DNA of 64,000 bases from Lingula anatina (GCA_051362555.1 CM120646.1:21638001-21702000); one strand, 5' to 3'; shown: positions 38,489-50,978, counted from the stretch's first letter. Made by a program: numbers and translations. Notes: generated by a model from the sequence alone, not told the origin.

Positions 38489-40621
38489 TTATGGGTGTAC
38501 TCGATTTGAAGAGTCGTCGACTTGAACCAAACGTCCCAACGATCTAATGGCATCATCCATATCACAACATAGAAAAATCAGTAGTATTGATATAAGACCC
38601 ATCCAAAATAATATAAATCCACCTCCAATTGCAACAACTGTAATGTAGCTCTCTTTAGGGTGAGATATTGGGAGTGTAGTTTTTGCTATGTTCATGGCGA
38701 AGAAGACCAAATTCCAGATAAATAATGGATATGCTATTCTTCTTGTCAAAGAGCCCTTACTGCCGTCACACCACCGACAACAACCGAAGAAAGTAAGAAG
38801 ACAATCCATATATGAGGCAACGAAAGATATCACCATCAATATCGTAATGGTTGATTTAAACTCCCACGGATAATCACCCTGAGGTAGTAGGTGACGATCC
38901 AGAAGAGTAAGATTTGTCATTTGAACATGAACTCCTGCTAAAATCCCCCAAAAAGCGTAATAAGCTGTCAAGAAATACCTCCCGGCTGCATCGTTGCTGC
39001 CACTTGCACAGCATAAAAAATAATATAAAGTTACGCTTACAAAATACGGGTTTGTTACAGAGATCAGGTCTATGAACGTGGAAAGAGACGATAGTCCGAG
39101 CGTTAACCACAGTTCGGCCGCTGCTCTCTCGTTTTGATCATCTGAGAAGATCTTCAGCGGACTAACAAGGCTTAGAGGCTCCACGTCCGAGCAATTTGAA
39201 TCCTTGGAACACATCCAACAGCTGAAATAGAAAACCGGCATCTTTTAAGTTAAAACTGTAAACCATGAACTGAAATGATGAAAATAACTCCTTTATCTTG
39301 GAAAATATTTATACAACATATTTGATGAAGATGAAAGTAGCACCCTAAGCAAAATGAGACATGAGCAACACGTGTGTACCACTTTCGTGGTACACAGATG
39401 TGTTCATTGTGCAGAAGATGTATCGGAAGCTTGCCACAAGTGTGCCAGATGCGTGCGGAAAATATGCAAAGTTTGCGGGAGTTAACCTTGTTCCCGTATA
39501 GGGCATATGCAAAAACAATGTGCGGGAAGTCGAACATTTTGCTGAGGGTACGCCTATCAACGTGCGTGTTTTATTTACAAGTTAAACAGTCCTAATAAAA
39601 GGTTGAGACACGCTGGTGTGATGGAACTGAGAGTCCGGTGTGATACAGAGTCCGGGCCTGTCAATTTTAAAACATATATAGAGTCCGCCGAACCGTAGGT
39701 AGGACTCTCCGTTTCGTTACACAAGCTGTTGCTGGTACCGTTTTTCATAAGGACAAATTTCTAGCTGTCCCTAAACCATTATGGTGTCCACAGAGCAACC
39801 CTTAGTACTTACTCAATGCCGAATTCTCCTCCATGCAGCCATTGCATCTCTATGGCCATTGTATTCATGGGGATGTCATAGGCCAATGCCAGGTAAACTT
39901 GGAATATTCCCATTGCTGAAAACATTGTCATTTTAATTGAATCGTCGCTCGAATTGCAGGTTACTACACTCCATGCTATTATGTAAAAGACTAAAAGAAA
40001 TACTGCCGCTCCTATGTAAACCTGGAATGCTATGAGCAGTGTCTTGAGAAGGTCAACTGGCTCGGAGATATCGTAATCAATGACAAAATTGCAGTATGTT
40101 CTGTTCATGTCCGGGTCCCAAAATGGATGCCAAATAGTGCTCGTGTCTGAGTTTGTGTTAATCCCAGTAGTGTCCGTGCCTCTAGTTGCGTTCCAAGTAG
40201 CGTTCGTGTCCAAAGTTGTGTCCCAAGCAGTGCTCGTTTCCGAGGTTGTCCTCCAAGTAGTGCTCGTTTCCGTGGTTGTCCTCCAAGTAGTGCTCGCGGC
40301 CCAAGTTGCGTTCCAAGTAGTGTTCGTATTCCAAGTTGTGTTCCAAGTAACGTTCGCATTCCAAGCAGTAGTAGTCCCCAAGTTCGTGCTCCAGGTTTTA
40401 GTTTTATGATTTGTGTTGTCTGCAGACATATATCTATCTATTTCTTCTAATTCGTTCATAGTTTCAAGCATAAGTAGAATATTAAATGCCAAATCAGTTA
40501 TCTTCACAATTAAGACCACAATAAAGACAAATGTTCTAAATCTTCCCAAGCAAGATTCCGTGAAGCGCCCTGCAAGACAGCAAGCAAATGGAGTAACTGA
40601 AGCTACCACATCCTCGGACAT
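38489..40621 (-). CDS. Uncharacterised multi-pass membrane protein, paralog D (513 aa, longest loop repeat, short tail)
   Basis: Exons 40621-39813 and 39221-38489, 1542 nt in frame; same intron position and motifs as A, B, C and E. Confidence 0.9.
39343..39548. mobile_element. MITE in the paralog D intron
   Basis: ccctaagcaaaatg ... cattttgctgaggg inverted termini; not present in the aligned B and E introns. Confidence 0.6.
39615..39722. mobile_element. Small inverted-repeat element in the paralog D intron
   Basis: gtgtgatggaactgagagtcc pairs imperfectly with ggactctccgtttcgttacac; internal agagtccg repeats. Confidence 0.45.
40134..40392 (-). repeat. Coding 30-bp (10 aa) Thr/Trp/Asn-rich repeat in paralog D exon 1
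   Basis: ccaag(t/c)a recurs at 40193, 40223, 40253, 40283, 40313 and 40343; encodes WNTT/WNAT/WRTTxETST units with many N-x-T sequons. Confidence 0.85.
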
Positions 40622-41071
40622 TATTAACTATTCACCAAAAAAGAAACCACTTTTAAAAATTGTGCAAAGCTAAAACGCCTTGATCCTCAAGTAATATAAT
40701 GGTGACTCTGAGAGAAACCCCTCACCGTTACTGCTATATTGATATGAAGGTTACAAAAACAATGGATTTTCTTCTTTACAAACGACAGCGCGCAGAACAC
40801 AAAAGGGTGTTTGTATTACCGTCACCTAGGTAGAATTTTTTTCACTGAAAAGCTGCGTATACAAATCAATGATGCCCTTTAACATCAGTGAGGCTATTGA
40901 ATAAAAATATAGCCCCTTTCACAAAAAGTCATTTATAGCACATATGAATTGGCATAAAGAAGTGTTCAAAGTCGATAAGGCTACCAATAGTATCGGTATT
41001 TAGTTGGAAGATCGTTTACTTTTTATTTTGTGTCCCGATTTCCTCAGCAACACCAGATAAACCTAATCTTA

Positions 41072-41296
41072 GACCCCATTCCCATAGATTTTAGATCGAT
41101 CTATCCCTGTGGGGAGTCTCACTAGATTACTGTCAGCTTAGCCGGCTTAAGCGTCTGTCCCGCCTACTAAAAGCTGTAAGGGGGTAATTAACTATGGTGC
41201 GCGCTTGGCTGACTGCAATTTAACATGAATCCCCAGGAAGGTAGGTGGATCTAAATCTAAATCTCTGGATCGATCTAAATCTCTGGGAATGCACCC
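41072..41296. mobile_element. MITE family 1, inserted upstream of paralog D
   Basis: TTA|gaccccattcccatagattttagatcgatc ... gatcgatctaaatctctgggaatgcaccc|TTA. The aligned sites upstream of B, C and E are empty (for example ctaatcttaata near 32171). Confidence 0.9.
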
Positions 41297-42335
41297 TTAA
41301 AAAACCAGCCCGTCCATCGTTGTTAATCGCTCTTAAACATAATCGTTGCCATACGTGAAGGATAAATTAAAACCGCCATGTTGCAAGTTAGGTATTTAAA
41401 TATAAATAAGTGTAGACCCGACTCTACTGGAGAGACAGTTTCTTATTTTGGCAGCTGTTGTATACTAAACAGAGGATCTATTATAAAGCAGAAAATTAAT
41501 AAATAAATGGATAACTCTAAATAAAGTGAAAGGCCTACATTGGCCCGCCAACACGCAGTATGTCTACGTATGCTGGTAGATCTATCTAGCTTAGGTCGGT
41601 CATGAAGATGTAAGTAAGGAGTTAAAGTTAATAAAGATTACTCTGATATAAAAATAGTAAACAGAACTTTACTTCGGCCGACGAGTAAGTAAAGATGTAA
41701 TGCAGCAAAACGTAATGCTGTAAGGTCAAAGAAGTACATTACATTTGATACATTTTAAATAAACTTGAACATTCGGGCCTTATTATGTGGATGACCAGCA
41801 AAAAGCATTCAGTAAAGGGATAAGTGATATGAATAAACCACCTACTATTCGACACCTTTTTAAATGAGAAAAAAACATTCAACAACGTGCTGATTCCGTC
41901 GTAGACAAATAAAAAAATTATGGTCGTGGCGTGCATGTCATGAAGTTCACCTTTTGTTCTGCAAACTTACTGTCATGCGTTTACTATTTCCTATCAAATA
42001 GCACCAACAGGTGTCTCTTGCATCGGGTAAATACCGACATTAGTTTAACTACTATCTGGCGAAAGAGGTCTACAGCGTAGAACTTTAGCTTCTTCAGAAA
42101 AACAACTGGTTTAATTTCGTGTTCGGTGTGTCATGGGAAGAGGGAAAGCTGCTGAAAGGGTAAAGTCATTTTTACGGGAGATAACTTTCAAATATACCAC
42201 GTCAGACATAGCATAGCCTAATTTTTGAACAATCTTCCTTTCCCTTCTTATTTGATAATATTTCACATTTTGTCTCATACTTCTCCTTAATTGATATTTT
42301 GTTGCAAAAGTTGCATTTGCAATTTCAATTACTAC

Positions 42336-42564
42336 GACCCCGTTCCCGTACCTATATCGATCTAGGAGGACCGACCCATCTCCGAGGGGTTTCTTGCTAA
42401 ATTTCATTCAAATCAAGCGGCTAGGATGGCCGGCACGCCCACTGCAGCTGTAAGGGCGTAATTAACTATTGTTTAACAGCTTCAGTAGGAGTGCCAGAGC
42501 CGCTTAATCTGAACGTAATTTAGCGAGAATCCTGCTAGATCGATCCAGGTACGGGAATGGGGTA
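42336..42564. mobile_element. MITE related to family 1 (3-bp TAC target duplication)
   Basis: TAC|gaccccgttcccgtacct ... aggtacgggaatggggta|TAC; shares the interior motif agctgtaaggg.gtaattaactat with 41072-41296. Confidence 0.75.
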
Positions 42565-43919
42565 TACTAAGACATTTTGAATTTTTAAACCAGTCCATTA
42601 CCATGTTCTATTTAAAAATAACAATAAATATGGAGATTTTCTTCTCTTTGCATTCCTTCCAGTGAATAATTTATAATTTGGTAAATTAACAATAATATAT
42701 AGGGAAAATCAAAAGTAATGTGTAAGGAATCAGGAACCGAAGTGGCATACAAGGGTCATCCACAGGCAACACTATGTCATTCCGAATTCTAGAATTTGTT
42801 GAGGCCGTGTCATAAATTGCCTAACCTAATTTATCATTCCTTCCCAAACTTCTGCATGACAATTCAGCTTGTGGTCAAAGTCCTCTTCATCAACTATTGC
42901 GTCACATAAATGTACCATGTGTCCTATATGTGTTTCTTCATTTTTGCCTTTCGACTTTTATTTGAGTTTATTAGATGGGCAATGGATAGATTTGTATCTC
43001 TTCAAAGATCAAACGTCTGGACAAAAATAATAATTATTATTATTATTTTTTTTTTTGATGTATCAAAAAATCTTTGGACCGTGTGTATTGTTTCCGTCTA
43101 ATGGTAGTACAACGACAAAGGTTTGGTTAATGACATATGCTCATATGAAATTCTATATGATTAATTGGATGATCATCTTAATTTATGTTTATTTGCACCC
43201 ACATGGTAGAAATATTTTTTAAAAATCAGGAATGACCATTTTGTCAGTAAGCAGGGTGGTGCAACGTACCTACGTATGGTCGCATGTTGAGTATTGGCGA
43301 GTTGTAATCTTCTCAGTCTTTTGCATTAATCAGTAAGAACATACATGTACATTAGGTAAAAATTATATGATTATGTCATATCAGCCGTTCCGAGGACGCC
43401 ATTTAAAAATGAACAAATCGAAGGCAGATTAGCTAGGTAAATTTTCTTGACGGGGTGCTGTTTTAAATCATTTATCATTAAATTTACAACACAGCGACCA
43501 ATGCCTAGCATTTAACATACGCCACCACCAGTAGCGGCCACATCAAACAATTTGCGGACAAATTTATTGCCGATGCTATTCATGACTCTTTATTCCAGCT
43601 GATCACCCAATCTGTCAAATATAAGAAATAGATACGCAAACACATAGTTAAGCTAAAATTTACATAATGAGCACAAAACGTTAATACTTTATGCATAATA
43701 TTAGAAGTATATTTTCAACTCATCAAAACACACCACAAATAAACAAAGAGATGTACACTCATTACCTATGTATGTGGGCTTTTATGTTCAATTGCCACGT
43801 TTAAACCTCTTTACACACAGGGGCGATCCTCGTGCTTCCTTTAATGCGACAATGAAATTGGCTATATCGATGTTGGCACAATTATCGCTCGCGTCGCTTC
43901 ATGGTTGTGAACAAAATGT

Positions 43920-46033
43920 TCACAAATCGTCGCTCGTATCCGACAGATTCTCTCCGTCGCTTGAGTACGTTGCATTGGCTCCACCACTTGTGTCTGACCT
44001 CATTATTTCGTCTGACAACATCGACTCTTCCCTTATATTCGTTCCCATCGGTGCTGCGGTTGTGCACAGCCACACCAATCCTTCCCTTATGTTCGTTCCC
44101 ATCACTTCGCCGCCCGTGTGCGACCACATCGTGTCTTCCCATAGAACCGACCCAGTCGGTGCGTACCTTGTGTCCGACCACATCGGTTCCGTAGTTACGG
44201 TCGATCCAATCCTTTCGTCATCTGCGGCCGACCATGACTCTTCGATACTAGTGCTGGCGTCCGACCTCATCGTTGCTTCCCTTATGTTAGTTCCCATCGT
44301 TTCTTCCCATAGAACAGACCCAATCGGTGGGTACATGTTCCTTGTGTCCGACCACATCGGTTCCGCAATTACGGTCGATCCAATCCTTTCGTCATTTGCG
44401 GCCGACCATGATTCTTCGATACTAGTGTTTGATGATGTGGTTGGGTTTACTTTATTGGAATGGGGACCGGTAACGATAAATTTCGCCATATCTGTGACTT
44501 TCGAATTGCAATATGCATTTAAAAGTAAAATTAATGATACAAACAGCCAAAATGATATACATACCCATCCAACTACCATGGCTACAATGTAAAATGTCTT
44601 AATATTTGTTATCGCTAAGATACATTTTGTCAGGTCCAAGGAGAAGGAGATTAAAGCCCAGAAAAAAAATAGATATGCTTCTCCTTTTAACATCAATTCC
44701 TTGCAGCAGCAACACCAACAACAACACCCACATGTAGTTAGCAACATATCCAATACTGGTAGAGATACTGACACTAATATAAGTATTAAAATGGTTAGTT
44801 CAAACTCCCATGGATAACTACCTTGGGGTAAAAGGTGAATATACACAAGAACTAAATTTGTCATTTGAACATGAACCGTTGCTAAAATTCCCCAAAAAGG
44901 GTACCATGCCAGGCAGCATTTCCGTGGAGCATTGCTGCTGACATTTGCGCAGCATAAGAAATAAAAGAAAGTTATGCTTATAAAGTACGGGATTGTTAAA
45001 CGGATCATGTCCCAAAGCGTAGACCCTAACGAGAACAGCAGACTTATCCAAAATTCGGCGGCCATTCTCTCGTGTTGATTATCTGAAAAAATCTTCAGCG
45101 GATTTACAAGGCGGAGTGGCTCTACGTCCGAGCAATTTGGATTCTTGGAACACAGCCAACAGCTGAAAAAGAAAACCGGTATCTTAACTGTAAGTCATGA
45201 ATTGAAATGATGAACACCTTGATATTGGAGACCGTTAAAGCTTATTTGATAAATATGGATAGACATGTATATACATGTACGACAGTGAGCGTACGTGTGT
45301 CTGATGACAGAGCCGTCACTTTCACACTGTGAAGGTATCTAATAAATTAGCATGCATGTGATAACTGTTTTGAATTTTCCTCTGAAAACCCTACGGTCTG
45401 GGATCTATAGCCTACCCTCTCCCCCCCCCCCTCCCCCCACCTCTCCCAGTATACCCTTCCCGCAAGTGCCACCATCAGTACTCACTCAATGCCGTCTGAG
45501 CCTCCACGCAGCCATTGCATCTCTATGGCCACTGTATTCATGGGGATATCGCAGGCCAATGCAAAGTATATTTGGATTTTTTCACTTGCTGCACACAAAA
45601 TGTTTTGAATTTTTGTGTTTTGAAACCCATAGTTTATTATGGTCCACTCTGCTGCATAAAAGATAATAAGGAATAGTGTTATCGCTATATTAACCTGGAA
45701 TGTTCTGACCAGGGTCTTGTAAAGGTCCACTTTCTCGGATATATCGAAATCAGTGTTAAAAGTACAATAAGTCCTATTATCCGTCGTGTTTAAAGTCGTG
45801 TTCCTGAAATCAGTTTCAGAATTGGTATCGTCTGCCGACATAAATGCATCTATTTCTGTTAATTCGTTCACAATTTCAATCATAGCAATAATGTTGGATG
45901 ACAAATCAAATACCTTCATGACCATGGTCACACTAAACAAGATTAATCTCCATTCTGCCAAGGTAGCTTCGGCAACGTACTCCATGCAACAGCATCCAAA
46001 TGTAGTAATGACATTTGCCAACTCCTCGTACAT
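43920..46033 (-). CDS. Uncharacterised multi-pass membrane protein, paralog E (596 aa, duplicated tail segment)
   Basis: Exons 46033-45486 and 45162-43920, 1791 nt in frame; family motifs present (ACDIPMNTVAIEMQW, CWLCSKNPNCSD, HVQMTN, HLLPQG). Confidence 0.9.
44030..44427 (-). repeat. Coding 174-bp (58 aa) duplication plus MGTNIRE x3 in the paralog E tail
   Basis: gccgaccatga.tcttcgatactagtg occurs at 44227 and 44401; the protein repeats TSIEESWSAA.DERIGSTV..EPMWSDTR. Confidence 0.85.
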
Positions 46034-46924
46034 AATTAGCTGTTTTTGTGGTTCAAAAAATTATATACAAGACTTCATGCAGCCCAGAAGTATACGTAGG
46101 TCTAACTGATCCTCAAATAACAAACAATTACAGGAGGCGATCTCCTGTACAGTTATTGGTATTTTAATATGAATGTACCAAAGCACTACGTAGGCCTATT
46201 GCTTTTATTCTTTACAATAAGCTGGTAGGTTCGACCATTTAAACTGTAAAGCTGTGCACACATCTGAAATACCCTTTAACACAACTGGGGGCTATTGAAT
46301 ATATAAAATGGGCTCTGGGAGAAAAGAGTCATTCATGCTACATTCAAAGTGGCGCAAAGAAGTATAAAAATATAGAGAGAAGTTTTTGCTTGCAAATATT
46401 TCACCTTTATTTTTGTTTTCGGATTTCCTAAGCAACAACCGCTTAACCAAAACTTAATACCTGTATATCCACCGTTGATAATCCCTGTTGAATATAAAGT
46501 TTGTCATATGTAGAGACCTCAATATATTGATGCCCACCATGCAGTAAATTAGACAGGAAAACCGGAAAGCTCTAACCCATCCTCAGGACAAAATAAAATT
46601 TAATCCAGTAAATCTAAATACGAAACTATAGACCTGACTATACTGGAGAGGCATTTTCTTCTTTGGAAAGCTGTTATACGCCAAAATATTCTTTATGAGA
46701 CAGAAATAAAATGGATAAATAAACGAATAGGCCTGAGTAATGTATTAAGCCTACTCTGACCCGCCTCAGTACAATGTATCTTACTATATGCTCATACAAC
46801 ATTGGTCAAAAAGGTTGTCCCACCCCCAGTATCGTGTGCTTTTATTTATACTCACCTCACGATCACCTCACGGGTGAAATTTGTGATCAAATAATGATCA
46901 CCTCACGGGTAAAATTTGTTATAA

Positions 46925-49269
46925 ATAGTGATTTTCATTCGTGATAACATTACTTGCATGATTAATGGAGTAGAAAACACAAACTAGCGATGAAAATATC
47001 AATATTTAATACCATTTATTCACATTTAATACATGTATCCCTTAAATCCGACGTTTCACTGTGATTTTCACAGAGGCAAGGAAATGTCCATTATATTGAA
47101 AAGACACCCCCAAATATCACTAAATGTACACACATTTAGCATAACGGTGTGCTCGTTAATTTAAAGGTCACGTGTTTATTAGCGTGTGTGTCTACCGCGT
47201 ACAGTACTGTAATTATCTCCTGCAGGGGGCGCGGCCTACCTTCAACAAGGATAACAATTCTGTTTTGTTGAATAGTGTCCCATTCTTTCTAAAGAGCTTG
47301 GGGGCGTTGGTTCAGACTATTAGGAGATTGGTTCTCCTTTGCATTGCATACTTTATTTCATGCCACAGATCCTTAGTAGGGTTATTATCAGGGGTCAAAG
47401 ATGGCTGCCCCATCCTCTGAACATTGGGTTACTGCAACAAATCACTTAGCAGACGAGAACCGTGTGCAAGTGCATTTCCACGATGACGCCTGCAGTATCC
47501 CTGAAGTCACCTCTTGCGAACAGAGTGAGATATTTGTCGAGAATGTTTCAGTGAATTACCCCAACAACGTTCTTTTCCGGAAAGAACAATGTACTAAAAC
47601 CATGGGCTTGGAATGCTCTCCAAACGTGGACTAACCTGACACCTAGGGCAAAATTATCCTGCACACACCTTCCAAAAGCATTCTGCAACATGTCTACTGC
47701 CCTAATTTGCCTATCACAGGCATAAAAGAAATACCTTGATTTTTCAGCAAAACCAACTTGTTCCTAATGATGGTTAAACAAGTTCTGGTAGTTCTGTGGT
47801 CACTGAACCTAACATTAATACCTCATTCTTTCTGCAAGAGGGGACTTCAGGGGTGATCAAGGCTTCATCATGACAGCACACTTGCACACAGTTCTCGTCT
47901 GCTGAGTGATTTGTTGTACAAACCCAATGTTTTGAGGCTGGAAAACCATCTTTAAGCCCTGATAATAAACCTACTGAACACCCGTGGCTTGAATTGAAAT
48001 GTGCAATCCAGAGGAGAAACAAACTCCGAATAGCCCGGACCAATTCTGCCAAGGTTTCAAGGAAACATGGGACAGTATCTTACAAAACAAAATTGTTATC
48101 CTTGTTGAAGGTAGCAGCGCCCTCTATAGGAGGCAATTACAGTACGCGGTAAACACACACGCTAATAAACACATGAACTTAAACGAGCACGGCCTAATGA
48201 TAAAACTATGTTAACGACTTGGAATCTTCACAGTGAAAATGTCCCAGGGGTTCAGCAAATCCAAACACATTGCAATATTGAGGAAAAAATCAATGCTAAA
48301 ATTGAAAAAATGTTCTGGGAAGAGTTAACGGATCCTCAAAGCACCAAGTTAAAAACTTATAGTCTGATAAAAAAGTCCTACAAAATTGAAAAGTACCTGC
48401 TAACTAATGCCCCTCAGTCATTAAAAAGGGAAGTGGCTAAAATTAGAGTCAGTGATCATATTCTGGAAATGGAAAGAGGACGCTACACCAGACCTAAAAC
48501 ACCACGCGAGGAACGATTCTGTCCCCACTGTCCTGCAATCGAGGACGAAGTGCACTTCCTACTAGAATGTAGACACCATGTAAAAGAGAGGGAGGGCATG
48601 TTAAAACAATTCCCTAAATGTGACATGCATCACCTAGCAAGCAGTGACGAGAAGGTTAAAATCATACTAAGCCCAGAAAATGAGAAAGAATTGTACGCTG
48701 TTGGTAAATACATTCAGAGGGCAATTTCCAAAAGAAATGAGCATCTGCCACACTGAAGTAGCCTCATCCTGCTATATATTATATGAACCATAAGTATGGC
48801 ACATTAGATACATATAGCTATAAGCCTATCAAAGAAAATGTGTGTTCCCTAAGTGTATTGAACTATTTACAATTGTAATAAGTATTTTAAACAACGTATA
48901 CACTGTAATTAATAATCTTAAACACTGTATTAGTAGTAATCCGTAGTGATGTATAACTATTTATTTATTTATATATTTGTAGTATAGAGGGCTAACAAAT
49001 GTAACTGTCACATTTAATGCTCGAATAAATTATTATTATTATTATTATTATATAAATGTGTGTAAATTTGGTGACATTTGGTGGTGTCTTTTCAATTTAA
49101 TGGGCATTTCTTTACCTCTGTAGAAATTACAGTTGAACATCGGATTTGAGGGGGTACATGTGATAAATGTGAATAAATGGTATTAAAAATGGATATATTC
49201 ACCGCTAGTTTGTGTTTTCTGTACCACTTATCAGGTTAGCTATGGTATATGGAATGAAAATCACCATTA
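46925..49269. mobile_element. Long fold-back (inverted-arm) element with a nested LINE fragment
   Basis: Left arm about 46925-47570 is the diverged reverse complement of about 47780-48204 plus 49057-49269 (for example ctaccttcaacaaggataacaatt / aattgttatccttgttgaaggtag and agaaaacacaaactagcg / cgctagtttgtgttttct). Confidence 0.8.
48205..49051 (+). mobile_element. 5'-truncated non-LTR retrotransposon (ORF2 C-terminus, 3' UTR, (ATT)n tail)
   Basis: ORF 48208-48756 has KLKTY..EKYL..KIRVSDHILEMERGRY..RFCPHC..EDEVHFLLEC, the Cys/His-type C-terminus typical of LINE ORF2; aataaa and (att)n at 49024-49050; probable ATAAA target duplication (48200-48204, 49052-49056). Confidence 0.85.
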
Positions 49270-49614
49270 AAAGCAATTAACTCCTGTGATGTGATCATTT
49301 ATAAATAAAAGCGCATGAACCGAAACTAGGGGTGGTACGACCTTTTTGACCAATGTTGTATACATGCGATACGGATGCGAAACCGAGCCCCCCCCCCCTA
49401 CCCCACCTTGGCGTGGGAGCGGGCCCCGAAAAATTCTAGGTATTTTACAGGGTGAACGGTGCCATTTGGTACGGTTTAGAGCTATGATTCCGCTAGTCAA
49501 AATTCTAATTTTAAGAGGGGACCATTGATGTGATTTTTCTCAGAAAGCAAGGGGGGGGGGGGGGGGGGTCAGGACCCCCTAGATCCGCCATTGTATATAC
49601 ACTATGCTTTGTAT

Positions 49615-50896
49615 AGCATGTTGTCATGCGTTAACTTTATTTCCTACCAATAGGTGACTCTTGTATCGGGTAAACAGCGGCATTATAGTTTAACTATCTG
49701 CCGAAAGAGGTCTACAGCGTAGAACCCGGTGCGTCTTCAGAAAAATCAGCTTGTTTGACTTACCTTTTAGGGATTATGTGTTTTTCGTGGAAGTGGGGGA
49801 TAAGGGGAGGGGGTTAATAAGTAGATGAACCAGTTTTACAGGATATAGCTTTTGAATATACACAGCAGACATAACATACTTTTAAAAGTCTTCCTCATCT
49901 CTCTCTCTCTCTCTCTATCTCTTAAACCGCAGTCAATTTAGTTGAAATAGGTACAGTTGAAATCGACCTTTTAATTATTTTACAGTGCCGTGATTACGAC
50001 AAGTGACATATTTTCAAATCTTTATCGTTTTTTTTTTTTTTTCACATATCACACTCAGGGCAATGTTAAGTCTACTTCCAGACCACTCCATCTCTCAGGA
50101 CAAGTACTGCACAAATATGGTGAGGGCTGATAAGGTGCCTGTTACACAGTGACTAATTGTTTTACAATCAGGGGATATCCTTTGACGGTGATAAATTGAA
50201 GGTTAAAATTTGCGTGTCTGGCTGTATATCTTCAAGTGCTATTAATATTCAACTAAGTCCTGCTTCCTTAAAACTGAGTAGTATTTAATTCTAAATATTT
50301 ATTTCTTTATTATGATTGTTATTGTCTTTCCTTTGGGGTGATATTTGAATACGATTTTCTTGGCAATTTTGCGGGAATTTCATTTACATAATTTTGAGAT
50401 GAAAAATAGAAAGTTTCTCCTATGTCAAAAATTCTATCAAGTCTTTAAAGAACGAAATAATTGTTTTCCCTTCCATCTCTTTATCAAACACCACACACGG
50501 AGCCAAAACTACATCAACATACTATACGCGCCGTCATGTGCTGCCACCTAGTGCTGATATGGTTACCTAAGCGATGACCTATAAGAGGAAGAAAAAATAC
50601 ACGCAAATTCCATTTCCCAAAATATCAAACGCTTTGTGTGCGTTCTTTTCATCTCGGTTTACTAAGTAAAGCATGCTGTCATGCGTTTACTTTATTTTCT
50701 ACCGATAGGTGTCTCTTGCATCGGGTAAACACCGGCATTATTTATCTGCCGAAAGAAAATCATCTCGCTTGATTTCTCGTTCAGAGAAAATGTGCTTTCG
50801 TGGAAGGGGGAGGGGGGTTTTGAGGGGAGGAGGTTATAAATGAACCAAATTAAAGGGATATTGCTTTCGAATATATACAGCAAAATAAAATATTAA

Positions 50897-50933
<37 letters not shown>

Positions 50934-50939
50934 GACCTT

Positions 50940-50978
<39 letters not shown>

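Noticed and set aside
43768-44592. 274-aa plus-strand ORF
   Set aside because: It is antisense to the repetitive tail of paralog E, has no recognisable motifs, and is best explained as a shadow ORF.
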